Shown here: positions 17,752 to 25,901 of the stretch, one piece after another
Numbering within the stretch: the first letter of the stretch is position 1
Layout: each line of letters starts with the position of its first letter
Origin: Gammaproteobacteria bacterium
GTDB taxonomy: Bacteria; Pseudomonadota; Gammaproteobacteria; Steroidobacterales; Foliamicaceae
Length of the DNA: 64,000 nucleotides
Direction of reading: 5' to 3'
Assembly: GCA_965116895.1 (NCBI GenBank)
Contig: OZ220729.1
Coordinates: 2,344,857 to 2,408,856 of the forward strand
Notes under the pieces: model-generated
Databases searched by the model: none
Told to the model about the DNA's origin: nothing
The model's input: the letters and a program-made list of their open reading frames with translations, nothing else
Translations under genes and position numbers: made by a program

Positions 17752-20700
17752 TTATGCGATCTCGATTCCGTCGTCGATCACGAGCATGAAGTCTTCGAGC
17801 AGATCCTGTTCGAAGGTGTCCATGTTGTCAACGAAGTCCTCGATGATTCCGCCGAGCGACATTCCCGGAGGCGGAGGCTGGGTGCCGCCGTCGGTGTCGG
17901 TGTCGTCGCCATCTACCACCTCGTTGTCGTCAGTACCGTCGTTGTCCCTCAGGCCCGGCACGTCGTTCGGCGTCGGCGTGACGTCGTCAGTCGTGTCGTT
18001 GTCGACCGTGATGGTAATTGTGATCGGCGTTGTCGGCGTGCTCAGGCCGCCACCGTCCGTGGCTGTCAGCGTGAGCACGATGGTGGGATTGCGATCGGCA
18101 TTTTCCGCCTCGTAGTCCAGCTTCGCGCCCGGCTTCAGGCGTATCTCCCAGGTGCTGCCATCCATGTCGGTATCCCTCGAATTGGGGAGCCCGGTGTACC
18201 CGGTGTGCGTGATCATGAACCGGTCGTCGCCCGAGAGCGTGACCTCATGGGTTCCGAACTCGTGCGAGCCCATGTTCTCGTCCTGAACATTCACATGGGC
18301 AATGAGCTGGCCGGCAGGCCTGGCGGCCGAGCCGGTCCCTGGGATCTCATCCACCATGAGATTGAAGGTGCCATTCGTTCCATCGCCGTTGGTTGCTGCG
18401 TCAACAGCACCATCGGAAGCAGCGAAGAAGATGTCGGTCGGAGCCACGTTGATCCGGACGTTCACATCGGCCGTGCCTGTGCGTGCGCCTTCGTCGGTGG
18501 CGGTTACGGTCAGCGTAATGATGTTGCCTGTGCCGTCGGTACGCGTGCCATCGTGGCCCTGGTAAACGTCACTGTTGAAGGTGAGCTTTCCGGTGCTCGC
18601 TTCAAACGTCAGCACACCACCATCGTTTTCGTAGACATACGTGCTGCCCGATCCGCTGTTGGTCGGGGAGTTCGTAACTGCCGTGACCGTGTAGGTCAAA
18701 CGCGCGCTGTCGGGATCCTGGAACAGGCTGGCCAGCGGAACGATCTCCTCGTGCGAGAGGTTGTGCCCCGCCTCGATGGCGGTGCCCCGGGCGGGGTGCC
18801 CGGGAGCGGCCACGCTGACTTCGATGTCGTGGTCGTCCACGCCGGTCGGAGTAGCGGTGCCCGCCGTGGTGCCGCCAATCGGCGTTCCGCCGTTGGCGGC
18901 AACCGCAACTACCGCCGTCACGCCCGGATTGTTGTCATCCGTACTGTGGTAGGAGACCAACGCCCGGATCACCTTGCCGGCATGCGCCGAGGTGACGTTC
19001 AGGCTGCCGGTGGCGCCCGGAATGTCCACCCAATCCGTACCGCGCTGCTCCTGCCATTGCGTCGATGTGTTGCGCACGTTGACGCTCAGCGTGCCGCCCG
19101 GGAAGGGGTTGCCGGTGATCGTGGGTGCGGTCCCTGCAGTGTCGCGCACGTCGGCGACCTGGATCGCATCGCTGTAGACGCTCTCCATCTCCTCGTCGGC
19201 AGCGTCCACGTCAGGATCATCGACCCCGTCCGCGTCGTAGCTCACGACTGCGCGGTACCACTTGCCTTTGCCGTCGTCCAGTTCCAGCGTTGACGTCTCG
19301 GTGTCACCCTCCTGGTCCACGGCTTCCCATCCGCCGCGTCCGTTGTCGGAGATCTCCCAGGAAACGGTTATACCGGTCAGGCCGCTGTCCGCCACCAGGC
19401 CGCCCGGGGTGGAATAATCCCCGTCGGTGATGCGCACATTGACATCCGTAACGCTCAATACATTGGCGTCGGCAAGGACCGTGACGCTTCCCACACCCTT
19501 GTCGGGCGTGTCGCTCACGGCCCGCAGGGTGGTGGCCTCGTTGTCGATCGTGGCCGTATCGAGTCCGACGAGCTGGTTACCGAAGACTTCGTAGTACTTC
19601 ACCTTCACGGTGATGTAACTGCCGACATCGGCCTGGGTCAGCTGGTAGGCACTGCTGGTGCCCTGACGGACCAGGGCCTCTCCGGTGCCGGCGTCGTCCT
19701 CCGCCCGGTACCACTGGTAGATCACCAGTGCGGGTGTGGTGGAGCCGCCGAGGTCGGGGTCCCTGTCGTCGTTGAAGCTGGCCCGCAACGTGGCGTCCTC
19801 ACGAGCGGCGCCACTTAGCGTGACGGCGTTCGTGGGATTCAGGTTCTGGTCGGTGACCGGCACCCTGTAGGTCATGGTGCCCGTTCCGCCGTCCCGGTCG
19901 GTCGCGTTGATCGTGAAGCTGCCCATGGCGCCCTGATCATTGTTCCTTCCGGTGCGGTCGAGCTCGATGATCAGCACCTGTTCGCCGTCGGCCGGAGCGT
20001 CCGCATCGTCGCCAATGATTACGGCGGTCCGATTGGCCTGGCCCGTATCGCCGATGTCAGTGTCGCCCCAGGTCACGTTCTCCAGATCGCCCCACTCGGC
20101 CGGGCCGTGCAGAATCGAGACCCAGGAGCCGCTAACCGACGCCGTGAAGGTCAAACGATCCGAAGCGTCCTCCTCATCGGTCCAGATGTCCTCCAGCTTG
20201 ATGTACAGGATTTCCTTCAGCGTCTCCGACTGGCCGACGCCGTAGTCTCCGGACCCAATATTGAAATCGGTTTCAACGGCTTGAGTAGCGGGGTTGTCGG
20301 CAATACCTTCAGCCATCGGCCGGTCGTTCACATCGTCAATATCGACTGCGATTTCTTCGGTGTAAGTGTCGGGCTCGGTGTCCGTGTCGGGCCCGTCTAT
20401 GCCGTCAGTGGCCGTGACCGTGACCGTGATCCGATTGATGGTCTCGTAGTCCAGAAGTTCCGTCGTGTCAACGCGCGGGCTCGGGTTCGTGTCCTTGACC
20501 AACAGGTCGTAGGTCCACGTGTTGCCGCTCTTCCTTGGCTCGGACAGCCGGAACGCCGATACGTAGTCCGCAGTCTGGTTAGCTGCCGTGACAGCAATCG
20601 TCTGGTCTGTCGTGCCGCTGTCCCGGAAATCGACCACAATTTGCGTAATGGTCACGGAGTCCAGCGCGAACGGGTGGTGGCCAAGGCTGTTGTCGTCGTC

Positions 20701-22782
20701 CCTGATCGTGAACGTGGCGACTACCTGATCGCCCGAATTTTCCTCGTAGTCGCGTTCGTTCGGGTTGCCGAACCTCGGCGCCTCGTTGTCGTTGTCGGCG
20801 GTCTCGTCGGTGCCGTCGCCGGACAGGGCCACTGCCAGATTGAAGGTAGCGGACGCCGATGCGCCGTCCGGGTCGGTGGCCGTGACGGTGAGGCGATGAA
20901 CGCCGCGCACGGGCAGTCCGCCCTTGGTGTTGGTGATCTCGCCGGTCCGCTCATTGATCTCCAGCCAGGAGGGACCCGACAAGGAGTAGGTGAGCGTATC
21001 GTTATCGGGATCGGTGAACGCCGGCTTGGCATCGTCCGTATCCTCGATGAAGAATCTCAGCCAGGCGCCTTTTTCCACGTCATCGGCCTGCTGACCGCCC
21101 TCGGCGGTGACCCACCAGTTGCCGATCGTGCCGGCCTTGGGCGCGTCGTTCTCGTTGTTGATTACGATCGAGACGGTCTGGAACTCGACGTTGCCCAGGA
21201 AAGCCGTTCCGCGGGGGTTCGTCGCGCCGTTCATGTCCACCGCACGGATGGTCACTTCGACGGCGCCGGGTGAGGTCCGATCCTCGAAATCGAGGGACTC
21301 GCCTTCCTTCAGCACCAGCCAGGGGATGCCCAGGTCGTCGTACTTGACTTCGAAGCGGTCATCCACCGGGGCGTTGGGAGCCTCGCTCCTGGAGTCCCCT
21401 TTCAGTATCTGGATCAGGTGCGTCCCGTTCGGATGCATGGCGTGGTCCTGGTCCGTCACCCGGATCTCGCCGAACACCACGCCCGAGTCGTCGTTCTCGT
21501 CCACGTCCGCTTCGACGGCCACGTTGCCGGCGTCGTCGATCAGGTCAACGTCGGTGATGGCGTCGTTGCCGTCGTCCACGATCACGTAGAAGCTCACGGA
21601 GCCTTCCTCGCCGCCGCTGTCGGTGGCGGTAAGGGTCACCATGTGAGCGGCGTCGCTGTCGGGGCCGGTGGTGGGCGGCGTGCCCGAGAAGATGCCCATC
21701 GTCGTATCGTTGCCGTCGTCGTCCTCGCCGAACTCGACGCTGAATGTCAGCCACGAAGGCCCGCCACTCATTTCGTAGCGCACGGCGTTGGAATCGCCGG
21801 CATCCGGATCGTTGAACAGCGCGAGCAGATCGATCGGGTTGGGCTTGATTTCCACGCCGGACTCGGTGGTTATGGGATCGACCATGCCGACCGCGACCGG
21901 GGGTTCGTTTACGTCATTGACCATGACCGTAACGGTCTGTTCGGCCGTGTTGCCGGCGCTGTCCGTATAGGTGACGGTGACCATGACCTCATCGTCGGCC
22001 TCGTGGTCGAGGCTGGCGCCTTCGGCCAGGTGCAACCACAGGCCGTTCTCGGGATCGAGGATCACGGCAAACTTGTCCGCTTGCTCGCCGGTAATCGAAG
22101 TGGCGGCCACGCCGGCATCGCCGGTGAGCATGTCCGCATCGGCGGCGTCCGGGTCCATCACCCTGATCAGGGCCAAAGGCGGAGGACCGCCGTCGCCCCG
22201 CATGGCGTTCTCGTCGACCGTCAGGTTCGAGATCACGCCCGGATGTCCGGGAACTTCTCCGCCCTCATCGCCGTCGAGTACTTCAATGGAAGGCGCTTCG
22301 TTGACGTCGTTGACGGTGACCGTCACCATGGCGGTGGCGGATTCGCCGTCGCCGCTGGCGGTAAGGGTAAGTTCGATCATTCCGCCTTCGACGTTTTCGA
22401 AGTCGAGGCTCATGCCGTCCTTGAGCTTCAGGTTGCCGTCGGCGACCTCGAAGTAGTCGTTGTCAACCGTAACTTCGCTGGCGTTTTCGGTGGTAACCAT
22501 AGCCACCATGGCGCCATCGTCGTTTTCGTCCACTGCCGAGGCTTCGCCCACCGTGATCGTCGCTGCCGGAGGCGGCGGCGGAGGGGGAGGCGGAGGCGGA
22601 GGAGGCGGAGGAGGCGGAGGTGGTGTGGGCCTTTGCGACCCACCGCCTCCGCAGGCATCCAGCGCGAGCGCCAGCGCGGGCAGAATGAGAATATCCGTGC
22701 GAGACGGATTTTCCCGGCGCCGGCGTATCGCCCTTTCAAGGCGCGCCTGCAAGAGTTGAATTACGGTTCCTGATTTAGACAT
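17752..22782 (-). CDS. Giant cadherin/dystroglycan-type repeat lipoprotein, copy B (1676 aa)
   Basis: ATG is preceded by AAGGAGG (22791..22797). Signal ILILPALALALDAC has a lipobox and is followed by 19 Pro. Cadherin-like linkers DVNEAP, DVNEPP, NENDAP and DVNDRP are present, and the protein ends in an acidic C-terminal tail. Confidence 0.85.
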   Translation of the reverse strand: MSKSGTVIQLLQARLERAIRRRRENPSRTDILILPALALALDACGGGGSQRPTPPPPPPPPPPPPPPPPPPPAATITVGEASAVDENDDGAMVAMVTTENASEVTVDNDYFEVADGNLKLKDGMSLDFENVEGGMIELTLTASGDGESATAMVTVTVNDVNEAPSIEVLDGDEGGEVPGHPGVISNLTVDENAMRGDGGPPPLALIRVMDPDAADADMLTGDAGVAATSITGEQADKFAVILDPENGLWLHLAEGASLDHEADDEVMVTVTYTDSAGNTAEQTVTVMVNDVNEPPVAVGMVDPITTESGVEIKPNPIDLLALFNDPDAGDSNAVRYEMSGGPSWLTFSVEFGEDDDGNDTTMGIFSGTPPTTGPDSDAAHMVTLTATDSGGEEGSVSFYVIVDDGNDAITDVDLIDDAGNVAVEADVDENDDSGVVFGEIRVTDQDHAMHPNGTHLIQILKGDSRSEAPNAPVDDRFEVKYDDLGIPWLVLKEGESLDFEDRTSPGAVEVTIRAVDMNGATNPRGTAFLGNVEFQTVSIVINNENDAPKAGTIGNWWVTAEGGQQADDVEKGAWLRFFIEDTDDAKPAFTDPDNDTLTYSLSGPSWLEINERTGEITNTKGGLPVRGVHRLTVTATDPDGASASATFNLAVALSGDGTDETADNDNEAPRFGNPNERDYEENSGDQVVATFTIRDDDNSLGHHPFALDSVTITQIVVDFRDSGTTDQTIAVTAANQTADYVSAFRLSEPRKSGNTWTYDLLVKDTNPSPRVDTTELLDYETINRITVTVTATDGIDGPDTDTEPDTYTEEIAVDIDDVNDRPMAEGIADNPATQAVETDFNIGSGDYGVGQSETLKEILYIKLEDIWTDEEDASDRLTFTASVSGSWVSILHGPAEWGDLENVTWGDTDIGDTGQANRTAVIIGDDADAPADGEQVLIIELDRTGRNNDQGAMGSFTINATDRDGGTGTMTYRVPVTDQNLNPTNAVTLSGAAREDATLRASFNDDRDPDLGGSTTPALVIYQWYRAEDDAGTGEALVRQGTSSAYQLTQADVGSYITVKVKYYEVFGNQLVGLDTATIDNEATTLRAVSDTPDKGVGSVTVLADANVLSVTDVNVRITDGDYSTPGGLVADSGLTGITVSWEISDNGRGGWEAVDQEGDTETSTLELDDGKGKWYRAVVSYDADGVDDPDVDAADEEMESVYSDAIQVADVRDTAGTAPTITGNPFPGGTLSVNVRNTSTQWQEQRGTDWVDIPGATGSLNVTSAHAGKVIRALVSYHSTDDNNPGVTAVVAVAANGGTPIGGTTAGTATPTGVDDHDIEVSVAAPGHPARGTAIEAGHNLSHEEIVPLASLFQDPDSARLTYTVTAVTNSPTNSGSGSTYVYENDGGVLTFEASTGKLTFNSDVYQGHDGTRTDGTGNIITLTVTATDEGARTGTADVNVRINVAPTDIFFAASDGAVDAATNGDGTNGTFNLMVDEIPGTGSAARPAGQLIAHVNVQDENMGSHEFGTHEVTLSGDDRFMITHTGYTGLPNSRDTDMDGSTWEIRLKPGAKLDYEAENADRNPTIVLTLTATDGGGLSTPTTPITITITVDNDTTDDVTPTPNDVPGLRDNDGTDDNEVVDGDDTDTDGGTQPPPPGMSLGGIIEDFVDNMDTFEQDLLEDFMLVIDDGIEIA
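22567..22623 (-). repeat. Run of 19 consecutive proline codons (CCN)19 in giant gene B
   Basis: Codons were read directly; one further Pro lies two codons upstream (P-T-P19). Confidence 0.95.
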
Positions 22783-22821
22783 GAGCCTGCCTCCTTACCG
22801 AGCAAGTTCAATTGGTTGAAA
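22628..22821 (-). repeat. 5' module of giant gene B (leader, SD, ATG, signal peptide, lipobox), repeat copy 1
   Basis: Aligns at constant offset 305 with 22933..23126. Roughly 9 of 10 positions are identical by eye. Confidence 0.85.
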
Positions 22822-22907
22822 AGGTAGTGATGGTTAGAGTGATAACCATACTGATAAACGTTTCAAATAATTCCGAAAAAAGCCTTATAAGTCAGTTTAT
22901 TAAGCAA

Positions 22908-23087
22908 TTAACTCCAATTCGGAGGAGGAGTCGGCCTTTGCGACCCGCCGCCTCCGCAGGCGTCCAGCGCGATCGCCAGCGCGGGCAGGATAAGAATATC
23001 CGCACGCGATGGGTTTTCCCGGCGCCGGCGTATCGCCCCTTCTAGGCGAGCCTGCAAGAGTTGAATTACGGTTCCTGACTTAGACAT
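22908..23087 (-). pseudogene. Orphan 5' fragment of a giant-adhesin gene (59 codons: signal peptide, lipobox, GGGGSQRPTPPP, then stop)
   Basis: Hand translation gives MSKSGTVIQLLQARLEGAIRRRRENPSRADILILPALAIALDACGGGGSQRPTPPPNWS*. It has the same SD (AAGGAGG) as gene B. It is below the ORF-track length cutoff. Confidence 0.75.
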
Positions 23088-23126
23088 GAGCCTGCCTCCT
23101 TACCGAGCAAGTTCAATTGGTTGAAA
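22933..23126 (-). repeat. 5' module, repeat copy 2 (orphan)
   Basis: See 22628..22821. Both copies end at the dyad TTCAAttggTTGAA. Confidence 0.85.
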
Positions 23127-23448
23127 TGTGGTCGAGCCCTCCCGGGCGGAATGACGCAATAGTATAACTCCGTGACCTGTCAAGCAAGCCATCGGGCGAA
23201 TTATAGGGCACACACCTTTCCGATGTATAGACGAATCTATAAGTGAATCGACACTTCCCCGGAACGGGGCCCCAAAATCGATCACACCGGTTTGCCGCTT
23301 CACCCGACTAACCGGCCGTGGCCTAGTGAGTGCTGCATTTTCCCCCCCGATCGCCGGATCTCCATAAGGAATTCCAGGATCATTCTGGTCTCGTTGGCAC
23401 GATTCTACACGAAAGAAAGCGCGCAAGTCATTCATTTTTTCAAAAGTT

Positions 23449-24492
23449 TCAGCCTGCCCGGAATCGCAGCACGTCGCCGTCGCGGACTTCGTAATCGCGC
23501 CCCTTGAGGGCGGGAAGGGCTTGCGGGGCGGCGCTGAAGGCCTCCCAGGGCGTGACTTCGGCGCGCACGAAGCGCTGCTGGAAATCGGTGTGTACGCGGC
23601 CCGCGGCGTGGTGCGCGGTGGCGCCGTTGGGGATCAGCCAGGCGCGGGCCTCGGACGGGCCCGCGGTGAAGAAGGTATTGAGGTTCAGGAGGGTGCGTAG
23701 CGCCTGCATGAAGCGCTGGAAGGTTTCGTGCGGAAGGCCGAGTCCCTGGCGCAGGTCCTGCTGCTCTTCTTGCGGCAGTGCGGCGAGCTCGGACTCGAGC
23801 TCGGCGGTGACGCGAACGGCGGGTTTGCCCTGTTGTGCGGCATATTCCTCGGCGAGGTCCGCCGGACCGCCCGTTGCGATGTGTTCTTCGGCCACGTTGA
23901 GCGCGTAGAGCGTGGGTAGTGCGGTGAGGAGTGGGAGGGCGGACGTCTCGTCGTTCGTGGAGGGCGGGACGCCCTCGCTCCCAAGGTGGTTGTGGAGCTC
24001 TTCGAGCTCTTCGACGCGCTTTTTCAGGTCGGGGTGGCCGGACTTGGCGCGGCGGCGGGCGGAGTCCAGCGCGCGCTCGACGGTTGCGAGGTCGGCCAGC
24101 GCCAGTTCGGTGTTGACGGTCTCGGCGTCATCGACCGGATCGACGGCGCCGGCGACGTGCGTGACGCGCCCGGATTCGAAGCAGCGCAGCACGTGCACCG
24201 CGGCGTCGGCCTCGCGCACCTGGGCCAGGAAGCGGTTGCCCAGGCCCTCGCCGCGCGACGCGCCCTTCACCAGGCCGGCCACGTCCACGAGCTCGAGCGT
24301 GGCCCGGACCTTGCGCTGCATCCCTGCGGCTTGCGCCACCGCATCCAGCCGCGGATCGGGGATGGGCACCCGCGCGACGTTCGGATCGATGGTGCAGAAG
24401 GGCCGGTTCTCGGTGGGGACTTCGGCGGCGGCCAGTGCGTTGAAGAGCGTGGACTTGCCGACGTTGGGCAGCCCGATGATCGCGGCCTTCAC
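23449..24492 (-). CDS. ychF: Ribosome-binding ATPase YchF
   Basis: VKAAIIGLPNVGKSTLFNAL (P-loop) from GTG 24492. C-terminal TGS-like end DGDVLRFRAG. The ORF-track N-terminal extension overlaps pth and is not used. Confidence 0.9.
   Translation of the reverse strand: MKAAIIGLPNVGKSTLFNALAAAEVPTENRPFCTIDPNVARVPIPDPRLDAVAQAAGMQRKVRATLELVDVAGLVKGASRGEGLGNRFLAQVREADAAVHVLRCFESGRVTHVAGAVDPVDDAETVNTELALADLATVERALDSARRRAKSGHPDLKKRVEELEELHNHLGSEGVPPSTNDETSALPLLTALPTLYALNVAEEHIATGGPADLAEEYAAQQGKPAVRVTAELESELAALPQEEQQDLRQGLGLPHETFQRFMQALRTLLNLNTFFTAGPSEARAWLIPNGATAHHAAGRVHTDFQQRFVRAEVTPWEAFSAAPQALPALKGRDYEVRDGDVLRFRAG
23960..23982. repeat. REP-like GC-rich hairpin element GAGGGCG-gga-CGCCCTC-GCTCCC, located inside the ychF CDS
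   Basis: 23-nt match to 39490..39512 with one mismatch. Related copies are at 48814..48856, 53251..53297 and 61762..61782. Confidence 0.7.
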
Positions 24493-25058
24493 TCGGGGGG
24501 TTCGGTGTGGAGCTGGGTCATGGCGGCCTGCATTCCTTTTATATATAGGGTGTCGAAGGCCTGCAGGGCGTCCTGCAGGGCTTCTTCGATGACCTGGCTC
24601 TCGGCGGCCGTGGGTCTGGACAGTACATAAGGAGTAACGCGGTCCTTGTCGCCGGGGTGCCCTACTCCCAGGCGCAGGCGCTGGAAGTCGGGGCCGCAAT
24701 GCCGGATCACGTCGCGCAGGCCGTTATGGCCGCCGTGGCCGCCGCCTTCCTTGAGCCGGGCGGCGCCGGGCGGCAGGTCGAGGTCGTCGTGGACGATGAG
24801 GGCTGCGGACGGCGGCAGCTTGAAGTAGTCGAGGACGCCGCGCACCACCTGGCCGCTGGAGTTCATCCAGGCCAGCGGCTTGATCAGCATCACGCGCGCG
24901 CCTTCGATGTCGATGCGGGCCGCGGCGGCCTGGGCGCGCTTGTCGCCGGAGAACGGCGGCGCCTCGTAGCGCTGGGCCAGCAGGTCGATGAATCGAAAAC
25001 CGGCGTTGTGCCGGTCGTGAGCGTGATCGGGGCCCGGATTGCCGAGGCCGAAGACCAG
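24489..25058 (-). CDS. pth: Peptidyl-tRNA hydrolase (start uncertain)
   Basis: GGHGGHNGLRD and HDDLDLPPG lie in ORF 24489..24893. The conserved N-terminus LVFGLGNPGPDHAHDRHNAGF continues in frame upstream with no ATG, GTG or TTG, so the start is provisionally placed at CTG 25058. Confidence 0.7.
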   Translation of the reverse strand: MVFGLGNPGPDHAHDRHNAGFRFIDLLAQRYEAPPFSGDKRAQAAAARIDIEGARVMLIKPLAWMNSSGQVVRGVLDYFKLPPSAALIVHDDLDLPPGAARLKEGGGHGGHNGLRDVIRHCGPDFQRLRLGVGHPGDKDRVTPYVLSRPTAAESQVIEEALQDALQAFDTLYIKGMQAAMTQLHTEPPE

Positions 25059-25071
25059 TTCGGGCGGGGCT

Positions 25072-25761
25072 TCAGTCCTCTCCAGAGGATTCCTCTTCGG
25101 CCGGCGCCTCTTCGCCCTCGGCGACCTCGCCCTCGGCCTCTTCGTCGAGCAGCTCTTCGTCTTCGTCCACTTCGTCCACCTCGGCGATGCGGCGCAGGTG
25201 GATGGAGACCACCGGGTGGTCGGTGGCGCCGTGAACGCGCTCGTTCACCGTAACGCCTTCCGGAATGTCGAGGTCGGACAGGTGCAGCATTTCGTCCATC
25301 TCTACCTCGGCCAGGTCCACCTCGATCTGCTCCGGCAGGTCCCTGGGCAGGCAGATGATGTGAAGCTCGCTCAAAAGGTGGGAAACGCTGCCGCCCATCT
25401 TCACGCCCGGCGACGCCTCGGCGTTGAGCAGGGTGATGGGCACGGCCATGCGGACGGTCTCCTCGTCGCGCACCCGCTGCAGATCGATATGCAGCACCGT
25501 GTTGCGGGCCGGATGGCGCTGCACGTCCTTGACGATGGCCGGCTGCGACTTGTCGCCCACGCGGATGTTCAGCACCCGCGAGCGGAAGGTGGGGTCCTCG
25601 AGCCGCCGGTTCAGGACCTCGGAAGAGAACGACAGCATGCGCGCGGGGCGCCCGGCGCCGTACAGCACCGCCGGCGCTTTTCCTTCGCGGCGGGCGCGGC
25701 GAGCGGAACGCTTGCCGGCGCCTTCGCGGAGCTCGCCTTCGAGATCGATCATCGTGGCCAT
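25072..25761 (-). CDS. rplY: 50S ribosomal protein L25 / general stress protein Ctc, with acidic tail
   Basis: 229 aa. Contains GKAPAVLYG...VQRHPARNTVLHIDLQRV and lies in the typical ctc-pth-ychF gene order. Confidence 0.9.
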   Translation of the reverse strand: MATMIDLEGELREGAGKRSARRARREGKAPAVLYGAGRPARMLSFSSEVLNRRLEDPTFRSRVLNIRVGDKSQPAIVKDVQRHPARNTVLHIDLQRVRDEETVRMAVPITLLNAEASPGVKMGGSVSHLLSELHIICLPRDLPEQIEVDLAEVEMDEMLHLSDLDIPEGVTVNERVHGATDHPVVSIHLRRIAEVDEVDEDEELLDEEAEGEVAEGEEAPAEEESSGED

Positions 25762-25862
25762 GGCGCGCGCGATTTTACTTCATCAGGCGCCTTGGGGCGA
25801 CACCGCGCGCGGCGTCCGCCTTTACATTTCCCCGGAATGAGTTCACAATGCCGTTGTCGTAC

Positions 25863-25887
25863 GTGTATTACTTGCAATACACGCAAG
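25863..25887. promoter_or_regulatory. Overlapping dyads GTGTATT-N6-AATACAC and CTTGC-N7-GCAAG upstream of the RHH antitoxin gene; putative autoregulatory operator
   Basis: Inverted repeats read directly, 15..40 nt upstream of ATG 25902. Confidence 0.4.
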
Positions 25888-25901
25888 CTTGTGAGTGAAT
25901 C

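Noticed and set aside
23100-23435. 111-aa minus-strand ORF between ychF and the orphan 5' module
   Set aside because: It has no SD and no recognisable motif, its composition differs from neighbouring genes, and its 3' end runs into the repeated leader sequence. The region is treated as non-coding or regulatory, and I cannot exclude a small gene.
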